Both the position numbers and the translations under genes were made by a program. A DNA stretch of 64,000 nt from an uncultured Actinomycetes bacterium. GTDB lineage: Bacteria > Actinomycetota > UBA4738 > HRBIN12. The first letter of the stretch is position 1, and every line of letters starts with the position of its first letter. Shown here in pieces: positions 1 to 10,111 of this stretch. The DNA is taken from NCBI GenBank assembly GCA_963704885.1, contig CAVPIB010000004.1, forward strand, positions 32,001 through 96,000, in the 5' to 3' direction. The notes under the pieces were generated by a model. That model did not search any database. It was not told the origin of the DNA and saw nothing but the letters and a program-made list of their open reading frames with translations.

Positions 1-204
1 GTGGCAGACCCGGCGAGCGACTACGCGGTCCGGATCCTCGACGCCCCCGACGGGTGGCGCGTGGCCATCGAGGACCCGACCGGCGCCGTCGTGTTGGAGC
101 GGGCGTGCCGCGATGGATCGGAGGCTCGGACGTTCGCGTCGACCGTTCGCCAGCACCTCTACTGGCTGTCACCCGAGAAGTTCCGTTCGTATTACCGGAT
201 CTGA
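1..204 (+). CDS. hypothetical protein (may be 5'-truncated by window edge)
   Basis: 67-aa ORF with GC-rich third positions; no motif recognised. Confidence 0.6.
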   Translation: MADPASDYAVRILDAPDGWRVAIEDPTGAVVLERACRDGSEARTFASTVRQHLYWLSPEKFRSYYRI

Positions 205-217
205 AGGAGACCCGAGC

Positions 218-325
218 ATGGGGTTCAACGCGATGCAACCCGGCAAGATCAAGCGGGGGGACCTGATCATGCTGGTGGTGGCAGTGGTCGTGGTGGTCGC
301 CCTCATCTTTTGGGCGGTCGGCTGA
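218..325 (+). CDS. small single-pass membrane protein (35 aa)
   Basis: AAGGAG RBS at 204-209, ATG 218; MGFNAMQPGKIKRGDLIMLVVAVVVVVALIFWAVG. Confidence 0.65.
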   Translation: MGFNAMQPGKIKRGDLIMLVVAVVVVVALIFWAVG

Positions 326-328
326 GGT

Positions 329-694
329 GTGCCCGAGCCTGGCGACCTGGACTTCGGCTATCTGACGACGACCGGGCGAGTCACCGGACGATCCCACGAG
401 ATCGAGATCTGGTTCGCCCTTCAGGATCGGACGGTGTACCTCTTGTCGGGCGGGCGAGACGGGAGCGACTGGGTGCAGAACCTGATCGCTTCCCCCTTGG
501 TCCAGTTCCGGATCGGGGACGTGACGTGCTCCACGACCGCGCGGGTGGTGGAGGCCGGGACGGACGAGGACGCCACGGCGCGGCAGCTGCTGGTCCACAA
601 GTACACGTCACGCGACCCGGACGATCTGGGCGAGTGGGGCCGGACGGCGCTCCCGGTCGCTATCGTGTGGGAGCCCGATCCTCCACTAGTCTGA
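329..694 (+). CDS. deazaflavin (F420)-dependent nitroreductase-like / split beta-barrel oxidoreductase
   Basis: YLTTTGRVTG...EIWF...SDWVQNL...P.V motifs typical of the DUF385/Ddn-like family. Confidence 0.7.
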   Translation: MPEPGDLDFGYLTTTGRVTGRSHEIEIWFALQDRTVYLLSGGRDGSDWVQNLIASPLVQFRIGDVTCSTTARVVEAGTDEDATARQLLVHKYTSRDPDDLGEWGRTALPVAIVWEPDPPLV

Positions 695-700
695 GTCAGA

Positions 701-988
701 CTAGCTTTCCTCGAACCCGATCGAGAACATCCTCTCCAGATCGTGCTTGGAATAGACCTGGAACGCGATCAACGTCTGCGTCCGATCGACGCCGTTCACT
801 TTGGAGATCCCGCCGGGGATGACCGTCGCGAGGCGGTCGTGGTCGCTCACTCGCACGATCGCGATGAGATCGAACTCGCCGGCGACGGAGTACACCTCGG
901 AGACGCCGTCGATGTCGGCGATCGCCTGGGCGGCCTCTGGGATCCCGTCGATCTCGCACTGGATCAGGACGACGGCATGCACGCTCAC
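701..988 (-). CDS. Lrp/AsnC ligand-binding domain protein
   Basis: GVSEVYSVAGEFDLIAIVRV and TQTLIAF, stand-alone RAM domain typical of actinobacteria. Confidence 0.85.
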   Translation of the reverse strand: MSVHAVVLIQCEIDGIPEAAQAIADIDGVSEVYSVAGEFDLIAIVRVSDHDRLATVIPGGISKVNGVDRTQTLIAFQVYSKHDLERMFSIGFEES

Positions 989-1001
989 GGTCTGGCTCCC
1001 T

Positions 1002-2178
1002 TCAATCGCGCTCGAGGACGACGGCCAGCCCCTGCCCGCCCGAGATGCAGAGCGTGGCCAGGCCGAGCGCCGCGCCGCGCGCGCGCATCTCGTAGGCGAG
1101 GCTGAGGACTATCCGAGCGCCGCTCATGCCGATCGGATGACCGACCGAGATGCCTCCGCCTCTCACGTTCAACCTGTCCCTGTCGAACTTCAGCTCGCGC
1201 TCGCAGGCGATGACCTGCGCCGCGAACGCCTCGTTGATCTCTATCACGTCGATGTCGGCGAGCGTCAACCCGGTCTTTTCCAGGACCTCCTTGGTGGCGG
1301 GCACCGGACCTATCCCCATGATCTCCGGCGGCACACCCGCCCAGGACATGCCGATGACGCGTGCGAGGGGTTCGCGTCCCTCCGCTCTCCGCGCGTGACT
1401 CGGAGATCAACACCATGGCCGCGGCTCCGTCGGTGATGCCGCTGGAGTTGCCCGCGGTGACGCTGCCACCTTGCCGGAAGACCGGCTCCAGCTTCGCCAA
1501 CTTCTCGAGTGTCGCGTCGGGCCTCGGATGTTCGTCCTGCGTCACGGTCACCGTCGATCCCTTGGGACCGGGTACGTCGACCGGGAACATCTCATCGGCG
1601 CGCGCGGCCGCCCCGGCGGCGGCTTTCTGCTGCGACTCGAGCGCGAACCCGTCCTGCTCCTCGCGAGTGATGTCGTACATGTCCACCAGGTTCTCGGCCG
1701 TCTCGCCCATGATCAGGCCGCACAGCGGGTCAAGCAGACCGTCGCGGTACATCCCGTCGACGACCTCGGCGTTGCCTAGCCGGTAGCCCAGACGCATCTG
1801 GGGGAGCAGGAACGGCACCCGAGTCATGTTCTCCATACCGCCGGCGAGGACGACCTCGCTGTCTCCGAGCATGATCTGCTGCGCGGCGAGCTGAACGGCC
1901 TTCATCCCCGAGCCGCATGCGATGTTGACGTTATAGGCGCTCACCTCGACCGGGATCCCGGCTCGAACGCTCACCTGCCGGCCGGTGTTCGGTCCGTTGC
2001 CGGCCTGGCGCGCGTGGCCCATGATCGTCTGATCGACCTGGTCGGGCTCGAGGTTCGAGCGACGCATCGCCTCGACAGCGGCCAGGGTCCCGAGCTCGAC
2101 CGTGGGGACGTCGGCGAACGACCCCAGGAACTTGCCGATGGGGGTCCGGGCGCCCTCCAGGATGACCGCGCGCTCCAT
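1002..2178 (-). CDS. acetyl-CoA acetyltransferase (thiolase), frameshifted near 1390
   Basis: N-part (VNIACGSG, TAGNSSGITDGAAA) in ORF 985..2178; C-part (EINEAFA, GHPIGMSG, CISGGQG) in ORF 1002..1349. Confidence 0.9.
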
Positions 2179-2223
2179 GCGACCCAGTCTATCGGGCGCC
2201 TTTTCCAGCCAGGTCCCTCGATC

Positions 2224-2814
2224 TCAGCTGAGGGGGGCGATCCCGGTCAGGATCGCCAGGTCCGCCGCCAACGTCTGCGGGTCGGTCGGGCCGTCGATCA
2301 TGGGGTTCATCGAGCCGTCCCCGAGTCCCCAGGCCATGATCTCGGCCGCCTGCTCGTATCCGCGAACGTCCCAGTCCGTGGCCGTGTCGTTCCAGCCGGT
2401 GAGGCGGCGGCTCTCCATGAACCGGGCCCGGGCCGCGTCCGTGAGGCGCTCGTCGCACCAGGCGTGGGCCAGCTCGTGGAGCACGATCCTCTGCGGTCCG
2501 GCCTCCATGTCCAGGCGCACGCAGAGGTCGATCCTGCCGTTCACCTGGTATCCGACGTTCCCGCGGCAGCCGTCCTTGCTCTCGTGGAAGTAGATGTCCA
2601 CGGAGGGCAGATCCAGGCCGGCTGCCCGGTAGCGCTTGATGGCCCATGTCAGGAGCTCTTCTTGAGCCGTGCCCGGGGTGTGGAGCACGATCGCCTCGGG
2701 GCCGGTGATCGGGGTGCCGTCCTGCTGGGGGGTCGTCCCCCCGAGGGAGAGGAGCGCGCTCAGGGCGATCGCGATGTGGAGGGCGGTCCGGGTGGCGTTC
2801 CGTGTCGTGTCCAT
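2224..2814 (-). CDS. secreted zinc metallopeptidase-like protein (HExxH)
   Basis: ATG 2814, hydrophobic signal peptide, IVLHELAHAW and downstream EQAAE third-ligand-like motif. Confidence 0.7.
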   Translation of the reverse strand: MDTTRNATRTALHIAIALSALLSLGGTTPQQDGTPITGPEAIVLHTPGTAQEELLTWAIKRYRAAGLDLPSVDIYFHESKDGCRGNVGYQVNGRIDLCVRLDMEAGPQRIVLHELAHAWCDERLTDAARARFMESRRLTGWNDTATDWDVRGYEQAAEIMAWGLGDGSMNPMIDGPTDPQTLAADLAILTGIAPLS

Positions 2815-2835
2815 GCGCGCAGATTGCGCCCGGCC

Positions 2836-2875
2836 CCTTGCACGCCAGTGACCCACCGCTGACAGGGCGCTGACA
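2836..2875 (-). promoter_or_regulatory. 11-bp-phased direct repeats, putative SARP/winged-helix binding site
   Basis: TGAC at 2849, 2860 and 2871; CGCTGACA exact at 2857 and 2868; degenerate fourth unit near 2836-2842, about 9 nt from a CAATCT -10-like hexamer (2826-2821). Confidence 0.6.
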
Positions 2876-2891
2876 CGTGATGTACGTCACA
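2876..2891. promoter_or_regulatory. CRP-family binding site
   Basis: CGTGA-TGTACG-TCACA matches YGTGA-N6-TCACR. Confidence 0.6.
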
Positions 2892-2946
2892 TCTGGCCTG
2901 CGAGGGAGCCGTTCCCGAACCTGGAGCGGTGGCGTAGGCTTCGCGC

Positions 2947-5900
2947 GTGGAATTCCGCGTCCTGGGGCCGGTGGAGGTGGACGGGCCGGACGGGCCGCTC
3001 ACCGTCGGTGGGCGCCGGCAACGGCTGGTGCTCGCCCACATGCTCCTCAGGGCCAACCAGCTAGTTGCGACCGAGGTACTGATAGACGAGATCTGGGATC
3101 AGGAGCCGCCCGACGGCGCCCGCAACGCGATCCAGGCCTACATCTCGCGCCTGCGCCACGTGGTCGGGGATCGGATCGAGGGCCGCGACGCGGGCTATCT
3201 CCTGCGGGTGGAGCCCGGCGAGCTCGACCTGGAGCGGTTCGAGGAGCTGGTTCGCGACGGCCGTGCGCTCGTCGACGCCGATCCCGCCGACGCGGCCGCC
3301 ACGCTCAAAGAGGCCCTCGGGATCTGGCGTGGCCCGGCGTTCGCCGACCTGGCGGATGAACGCTCGCTGGCCGGGGAGATCGTCCGGCTCACGGAGCTGC
3401 GATCGCTCGCCACCGAGGAGCGGATATCGGCGGAGCTCGCCATGGGGCGCCACAAGGAGCTGATCTCCGAGCTCGAGTCCCTGACGGCCGCCGACCCGCT
3501 GCGCGAGCGCCTCTGGGGGATGCTCATGCTGGCCCTCTACAGGTCGGGCCGCCAGGCGGATGCGTTGGCCGCATACGCACGCGCGCGCGACGTCCTCTCG
3601 GAGCAGCTCGGGATCGACCCCTCCAGGGGGCTGCAGCGGCTGCACGAGCGCGTCCTATCGCAAGATCCCGCGCTTTCCATGGCCTCGGCGCGGGCGCCCG
3701 TCGCGAACACCGACCCCTCTTCGTCGGGCGACCTGGCGCCCGGGACCCGGATCGGCGGCTACAAGATCCTGGAGGTCCTGGGGCGTGGGGGCATGAGCGT
3801 CGTCTACCTGGCGGAGCACGAGGGCCTGCGCCGGAAGGTCGCGTTGAAGCTCCTGGCGCCCCAGCTCTCGGCCGACGAGAGGTTCCAGGAACGGTTCGTG
3901 CGGGAGTCCCAGCTGGCGGCGAGCCTGGACCACCCCAACGTGATCCCGATCTATGAAGCGGGGGAGGCCGACGGGTACCTGTTCATAGCGATGCGCTACG
4001 TGGACGGGACCGATCTCCGCAAGCCGATACGCGCCACGGGAGCCCTGTCGACCGAGCGTACCCTGGCGATCCTCCGCCAGGTCGCGGCCGCTCTCGATGC
4101 CGCACATCGCCGCGGATTGGTTCATCGCGACGTCAAGCCGGGCAATGTGCTGGTCGCCCGCATGGAGACCCTGGAGGGCTCCGAGCAGGTCTACCTGTCG
4201 GACTTCGGGCTCACGAAGCGCGCGTCTTCGCTTTCCGGTGTGACGGGCACTGGGCAGTTCATCGGTACGCTCGACTACGCGGCGCCCGAGCAGTTCCAGG
4301 GACGGCGCCTCGACGCCCGGACCGACGTCTACTCGCTGGGCGCGATGCTGTTCGAGTGCCTCACCGGGCATCCTCCCTTCCGCCGTGAGAACGATGCCTC
4401 CTTGATGCACGCGCATCTGACGGAAACCCCTCCCGCGGTCACGGACGAGCGGGCTGAGCTCCCCGGCGCGATCGACACGGTCATCGCACGGGCTATGGCG
4501 AAGGATCCGACCGACCGCTATCAGACCGCGGGCGAACTGGCCGCCGACGCCGCCGATGCCCTCAAGCGCGAGACGGCCGGCGTCCTCCTCAGAACGTTCA
4601 TGATCGCCGACGTCCGCGGGTACACCACGTTCACGCAGGAGCAAGGGGACGAACGCGCCGCCGAGCTCGCCTCTCGGTTCGCGGAGATCGTGCGCCAGGT
4701 CGTGGCGGGGCACGGCGGCGTCCTGCTGGAACTCCGGGGGGACGAGGCCCTCACGGTCTTCGTCTCCGCTCGCCAGGCGATCCGAGCGGCCGTCCAGCTC
4801 CAGGCTGCCGTTCGGGACGCCGATCTGCCCCGAGGCGTAGGGATCGGGGTCGACGCCGGCGAGGCCGTCGCCGCGGAGGGCGGCTACCGCGGCGGGGCAT
4901 TGAACCTGGCAGCTCGCTTGTGCGCGAAGGCGGCCGCCGGCGAGGTTCTCGCCTCGGAGGCGGTCACCCACCTGGCGGCGCGCGTGGACGGGATCGCCTA
5001 CACGGATCTTCGGTCCTTCAACCTGAAGGGCTTCGACGAGCCCGTCCGAGCGGTGCGGGTGGTTCCCGAGGATCAGCTCGCCCGCGGCTCCGGAGCCGCC
5101 GGCGAAGGGTTGGCTCCCGCGGATCCGCAGACGGGTCCCTGTGGTCGCCGCGGGGGTCGTCGTGCTCGCCCTGGTCGCGCTCGGACTGCCGCGGATCCTG
5201 GGAGGTTCGTCCGAGGCGTCGACCACTTTCCGACCAGGGATCGCGATCATCGACCAGGAAACCCACGAACAGGTCGGACATGTCCCTGTTCAGGATCCGG
5301 TCGAAGGCTACTTCGCCGACGGATCGTTCTGGTTCCTCAACCTCGAACCGCTCTCCTTCGTTCAGATCGACGCGACCACGTTCCAGATCGTCCGCACCAT
5401 CTCCTCGCCCGTTACGCAGGTGCAGTCGTTCGCCGTCGACGGCGCGTCCCTTTGGGTGACGGACGCCTCGAACCCGGTGCTCGTTCGTATGGATATCCGG
5501 ACCGGCAGGGAGGCGGCCCGGTACAGCTACTCCGATCTCGGGGACGGGGGATTGTACGGACCCGCAGCCGGTGCGGGGTCGATCTGGACGGGCGTGGGCC
5601 GCAACCTCTTGCGTATCGATCCGGGGAACGGAGCCGTGCAGGCGAAGATCGTGCCCAAGTACACAGAATCCACGCCGGGAACGGTCCCGACGGGCGTCTT
5701 CTCGACCGCAGGCAACCTCTCGTTCAGCGACGGATACCTGTGGGTTCCGAGCGACGACAGACTCAACCGGATCGACCCTGCGACGAACGACCGTCGGCAT
5801 TCAAGGCGGGCGTGCCGACGCCGGTCAAGTTCGCCGTTGGGGGCGAGGGGTTCGGATGGGCCACGAGCGAGGCCGGGAACTCCGTCTACCAAGTGAGTCC

Positions 5901-7659
5901 TCGTGGCTACAAGATCGGCAGCTTCGAGACCGGCCAGGGCCCCGAATCCGTCGCGTTCGACGAAGGGAAGCTGTGGGTCGCCAACTACGACTCTGCTTCG
6001 GTGGGCTGGGTCGACGTGACCAACGGGAACACCGGTTCGATCACCGTCGGTCACCCCGTCCAGGGTATCGCGGCGGGGGCCGGGCTCGTCGCCTTCACGG
6101 TGGGTCGTGGCGTCGGAGTCGTCGACCGGATCGCGGCCATCCCAGGCGATGTCCTGCGGCTGACGTTCCCCACCGAGTTCAATCACGTCTATGATCCGGC
6201 GCTTGCCGTCGAGGACGGCATGTTCCAGGTCGAGCGCGCCACGTGCGTCAAACTCTTGAACGCACCTGTAGCCGCTGCACCTGAGGGGTGGGCCCTTCAA
6301 CCCGAGGTGGCGGAGTCCATGCCGGATGTGTCGGCGGACGGGCGCACGTACACGTTCCGGATCCGCGACGGGTTCCGGTTCTCGCCACCATCGGAGGAGC
6401 CCGTCACGGCGGAGACCTTCCGATACTCGATCGAACGCGCGTTGTCGCCCAACCTCGGTACGGGCACACCCGGGCCGCGACTGATCGACGACATCGAGGG
6501 TGTCGAGGACTTCCGTGCGGGACGTTCCGAGCACATCTCAGGGTTGGTGACGGCCGGCGATACGCTCACGATCACCCTGACCGAGCCGTCGGGCGACTTC
6601 CTCCAGCGCCTCGCCGCTCCCTACTTCTGCCCGGTCCCGACGGACACGCCGATCCTGGCCGGGGGGGTAGAGGGCGACATCGTTGCGTCGGCGGGGCCGT
6701 ACTACGCGACCGAGAACTCCCCTGGCGAGCTGCTCCTCCTTGAAGCGAACCCGAACTATGGCGGCAACCGTCAACCGGGGGTCGACGCGATCGCGATACG
6801 CACCGGCCTGGACGAGGGCGACGCGCTGTACCAGGTGGGGCAGGGTGATTCCGACGGATCCGTCGGTTCATTGGGGAGCCTGTTCTTTGGGGCCATCCGC
6901 GACGAGCCCGGCTTTCGCACGACGTCGCTCCCCGGTGTGACCGTGGTGGTGCTGAACGCGACCGGCCAGGTGTTCTCTGACCCGGGCGTTCGCGCAGCGT
7001 TCGCGACGGCATTCGATCGGTTCGTCGCCGCGTGGCTCTGGGGCATGCTGCCCACGGACGAACTGGTACCTCCCGACCTCGCTGGGGGGGAGCAGGACCC
7101 TTCCGCCACGCTCCCGGATCGGGAGGCAGCTAGGGAACTGATGCCGGATAGCGCCGGGGTCGTGAGGATCGCAGTTACAGCGTGCCAACACTGCCAGTCG
7201 ATCGCGATAGGTTCCACCGGGGATGCGGGGCTCGTGAACACCCTGCGGAGGCTCGGCCTCGGGTCATCCGTGGAACTCGTCAGCCGGCGGGAGATCTTGG
7301 CGCACCCGGACCGCTACGACATGGTGATCTGGTGGAACTTCCTCGACTACCAGGACACGGCGTCCTATGTAGCGGCCATGTTCGGCGATGTGGCGCCGGC
7401 CACGTGGTACCCCTCCGATCTCCGGTCGGAGGCCGATCGCGTGCTGGGGCTCGAGGGTGAGGCGAGGACGGCCGACGCGGTGGCGCTCGCCGAGCGGCTG
7501 ACCGCGGAGCACATCGTGATCCCGTACGCGCTCCTGGGCCGGTCCGAGCTCCTGGCCGATCGCGTCGGTTGCCGGGTGTATCCGCCGCTCGGATTCGGGG
7601 TGGATCTGGCCTCGCTCTGCATCACGGAGGTGTCGCCGTCGGCTTCCGCGTCGCCCTGA
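2947..7659 (+). CDS. multidomain signalling protein: SARP (wHTH+BTAD), Ser/Thr kinase, class III nucleotidyl cyclase, TM, beta-propeller, family-5 solute-binding domain; two compensating frameshifts (~5082, ~5790)
   Basis: MEFRVLGPVEV and PLRERLW...LALYRSGRQADAL (SARP); GRGGMS, HRDVKPGN, DFG, APE (kinase); ADVRGYT, GDE, NLAARL (cyclase); TM and propeller in +1 frame 5141..5790; SADGRTYTFRIRDG (SBP5). Confidence 0.85.
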   Translation: MEFRVLGPVEVDGPDGPLTVGGRRQRLVLAHMLLRANQLVATEVLIDEIWDQEPPDGARNAIQAYISRLRHVVGDRIEGRDAGYLLRVEPGELDLERFEELVRDGRALVDADPADAAATLKEALGIWRGPAFADLADERSLAGEIVRLTELRSLATEERISAELAMGRHKELISELESLTAADPLRERLWGMLMLALYRSGRQADALAAYARARDVLSEQLGIDPSRGLQRLHERVLSQDPALSMASARAPVANTDPSSSGDLAPGTRIGGYKILEVLGRGGMSVVYLAEHEGLRRKVALKLLAPQLSADERFQERFVRESQLAASLDHPNVIPIYEAGEADGYLFIAMRYVDGTDLRKPIRATGALSTERTLAILRQVAAALDAAHRRGLVHRDVKPGNVLVARMETLEGSEQVYLSDFGLTKRASSLSGVTGTGQFIGTLDYAAPEQFQGRRLDARTDVYSLGAMLFECLTGHPPFRRENDASLMHAHLTETPPAVTDERAELPGAIDTVIARAMAKDPTDRYQTAGELAADAADALKRETAGVLLRTFMIADVRGYTTFTQEQGDERAAELASRFAEIVRQVVAGHGGVLLELRGDEALTVFVSARQAIRAAVQLQAAVRDADLPRGVGIGVDAGEAVAAEGGYRGGALNLAARLCAKAAAGEVLASEAVTHLAARVDGIAYTDLRSFNLKGFDEPVRAVRVVPEDQLARGSGAAGEGLAPADPQTGPCGRRGGRRARPGRARTAADPGRFVRGVDHFPTRDRDHRPGNPRTGRTCPCSGSGRRLLRRRIVLVPQPRTALLRSDRRDHVPDRPHHLLARYAGAVVRRRRRVPLGDGRLEPGARSYGYPDRQGGGPVQLLRSRGRGIVRTRSRCGVDLDGRGPQPLAYRSGERSRAGEDRAQVHRIHAGNGPDGRLLDRRQPLVQRRIPVGSERRQTQPDRPCDERPSAFKAGVPTPVKFAVGGEGFGWATSEAGNSVYQVSPRGYKIGSFETGQGPESVAFDEGKLWVANYDSASVGWVDVTNGNTGSITVGHPVQGIAAGAGLVAFTVGRGVGVVDRIAAIPGDVLRLTFPTEFNHVYDPALAVEDGMFQVERATCVKLLNAPVAAAPEGWALQPEVAESMPDVSADGRTYTFRIRDGFRFSPPSEEPVTAETFRYSIERALSPNLGTGTPGPRLIDDIEGVEDFRAGRSEHISGLVTAGDTLTITLTEPSGDFLQRLAAPYFCPVPTDTPILAGGVEGDIVASAGPYYATENSPGELLLLEANPNYGGNRQPGVDAIAIRTGLDEGDALYQVGQGDSDGSVGSLGSLFFGAIRDEPGFRTTSLPGVTVVVLNATGQVFSDPGVRAAFATAFDRFVAAWLWGMLPTDELVPPDLAGGEQDPSATLPDREAARELMPDSAGVVRIAVTACQHCQSIAIGSTGDAGLVNTLRRLGLGSSVELVSRREILAHPDRYDMVIWWNFLDYQDTASYVAAMFGDVAPATWYPSDLRSEADRVLGLEGEARTADAVALAERLTAEHIVIPYALLGRSELLADRVGCRVYPPLGFGVDLASLCITEVSPSASASP

Positions 7660-8379
7660 CGGCATGCAAGAGCCATTCACGGGCTCCCCTGGAGCCGGTT
7701 ACGGGCGACGGCATGGTCGCCGCCACACTCCACGGCATCGATCCGACGCCGGCGATAGCCAGGTCCCGCGCTCGCAGGAGCGACGGCTCGTCGTCGGGTG
7801 CCGAGTCCAGGCCCAGCTCGAACATGGGCTTGACCAGCGCGATCAGATCGGCATCCGGTGCGAACGCCAAGTCCCTCGATCTGCGGCACTGCCGAGGCGA
7901 CCGACAGGTAGGACAGGTCCATGGTGATGACGTCGATCGTGTCTGAGTCGGACATGCGCGTCGCCGCGTCCGCCAGGTTCGTGCGTTCCAGGTTCACCAC
8001 GCGTTCGTGACTCCTGAGGTCACCGCGCAGCTGGCCATGTCCCACGTCCACCGCGTACACGCGACGGGCTCCACTGTCGATCAGGACGCGGGTGAATCCG
8101 CCGGCCGACGCGCCCAGGTCCACGCAGATGCGGTCCTCGACGTCGATCCCGAAGCCGTCCAGGGCGGCGGCTAGCTTGTCCTCGCCCCGAAGTCGCCGCG
8201 GAGGGCGGAAGACGACCGATGAATCGGTGCGAACGAGAGACCGGGGGTTGGTGACCACGCGTCCGTCGATCAGAACATGCCCCTCCAGGACCGCGCTCCG
8301 AGCGTCGGTGATGTCCGGACGCGAGATGGCCAGGTGCTCGAGCACGCCGCGGAACCTCCCGCGTGAATGTGGTTCCCAC
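7622..8379 (-). CDS. TlyA-family rRNA methyltransferase-like protein (S4 + FtsJ), frameshifted
   Basis: RGEDKLAAAL, CVDLGASAGGFT, DVGHGQL, DLSYLS, LVKPMFE; pieces in ORFs 7677..8534 and 7622..7870; probable leaderless GTG 8379 after TAGACT. Confidence 0.8.
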
Positions 8380-8388
8380 CGGCCGAGT

Positions 8389-10033
8389 CTAGGGCCGGCG
8401 GCGGGCGCCGACTCGATGGTCGTCGGACGTCCGGGCCTGGGACTGGATCCGCGCGATCGCGGCGCCGCCGTCGACCGGCTCGGCCAGACCAACCGTCGCT
8501 CCGTGCGACACGTGGCGCGTTGCTCCGCATCCAAGCGCGCACGGCGGCCAGCTCATCGGCGCGCTCGCGCGGGCACGGGCTGGAGATGGGCTCGGCCCCG
8601 TCATCGCGGATCAGCGACCCCGAGCTGAGCGTCGAGGGGCGACCGCCGACCTCGACCGTGAACGTCCCGCTCCCCGCGAGCCAGGAATCGGTGCGACTCC
8701 GCGCCAGGGCGTCGGCGAGGGCGCGGATGCGGTCACGTACCAGCCCCGCTTCCTCGTACCGCTCCTGGTCGGACAGCTCCGTCATGCGTCGCTCGAGCGC
8801 TCCGAGGAGCCCGCCCGGGGAGGTCAGGGAGGAGACGAGCCTCCGGACGAGCTCTCCGTAGCGCTCGGGATCGACGCGGCCGTCGCAGGGGGTCAGACAG
8901 CGGCCCATGTCGGCGAGGGCGCACGGCGCGAACCTCGTCCGTGCACCCATCGCCTTGGTGCACCGGCGGATGGGGAAGACCTCTTCGAGAGCTTCCTTCG
9001 CCAGACGTGCCCGGATCGTGTTGCCGAACGGCCCGACGTAGGTGCAGCCGTCGTCTGCCTTGGCAGCGTGAACGACCTTGATGCGCGGGAACGCTTCGGC
9101 GGGATCCACCTTGAGGTAGGTGTAGCGCCGCCAGGTCTTACCACGGCGGTTGTACTTCGGCTCGTGCTGACGGATCAGCCGAGCCTCCACGACCAGCGCC
9201 TCCAACTCCGACGCGCACCCGATGCCGTCGACGCCGGTGGTCTCGGCGAGCAGATCGGAGATCTTCTTGCGCTCGTCGCCGTAGAAGTAGGACTTCACGC
9301 GGCTCCGAACGTCCTTCGACTTCCCGACGTACAAGACTCCACCGTCCCGCCCGCGGAACAGGTAGACGCCCGGCGAGTTGGGCAGGTGATCAGCCAGCCG
9401 GATCTTGCCGTAGTTGGGACGGCCCCTGGCGCGGACGGCCTCTCGCAGGTCGCCCAGGGTCGAGATGCCGAGCCGGCCGCCCAGGTCCATCAGGCCATGG
9501 AGCACCTCCGCGCACGCCTCGGCGTCGGCCAGGGCACGGTGGTTGGGCTCCGACCGCGTCCGGAAGTAGCGGGCGAGCGTCTGGAGCTTGACGTTGGGCA
9601 CGTCGGGCCAGACGACGCGCCGCGCCAGACGGGCCGTGCACACGGGGGGCGGGGGGAGCGGTTCGTAGTCCAGGCGGACGAGGTTGGCGTTCAGGAACGA
9701 GAAGTCGAAGCGCGCGTTGTGAGCCACGAAGACCGAACCGCGGAAGAACTCCAGGAACGCTGGGAGGATCTCCTCGATCGGTGGTTCCTCGGCGACGGCT
9801 CGGGTGTCGATCCCGGTGAGATGGGTGATGAACGGAGGGATGGGGACCTCTGGGTCGACCAGCGCCTGGAACGATCCAAGTCGCTCGCCCGCTCGGTACT
9901 TGACCGCGCCGACCTCGGTGATGCGGCAGTCGGTCGGAGAGCCGCCCGTGGTTTCCAGATCCACGACGCAGAACGTGACCTGGTTCAAGGGCGTGCCCGA
10001 TTCGAGCGTGGTCTGGATGGGTGCCGCGAGCAC
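8389..10033 (-). CDS. DEDDh exonuclease-GIY-YIG/UvrC-like fusion (Rv2191-like), frameshift near C-terminus (~8510)
   Basis: VVDLETTG, AHNARFD, HRALADA, PGVYLF...LYVGKS, ERYEEAG; GGAGG RBS before GTG 10033. Confidence 0.9.
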
Positions 10034-10069
10034 GATCGCCTCCGTCGGGTGGGGCCGAGCGGAGTCCGC

Positions 10070-10098
10070 ACCATATCGAACAGGTGTTCGGGCGTCAA
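10070..10098 (-). promoter_or_regulatory. sigmaA-type promoter with LexA (SOS) box in the spacer
   Basis: TTGACG-N17-TATGGT on minus strand; TCGAAC-AGGT-GTTCGG at 10076-10091. Confidence 0.85.
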
Positions 10099-10111
10099 GC
10101 ATCGTGCCGCG

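Noticed and set aside
4580-5070. Pycsar/CBASS-type anti-phage cyclase
   Set aside because: Embedded in a receptor with sensor domains and has no adjacent effector gene
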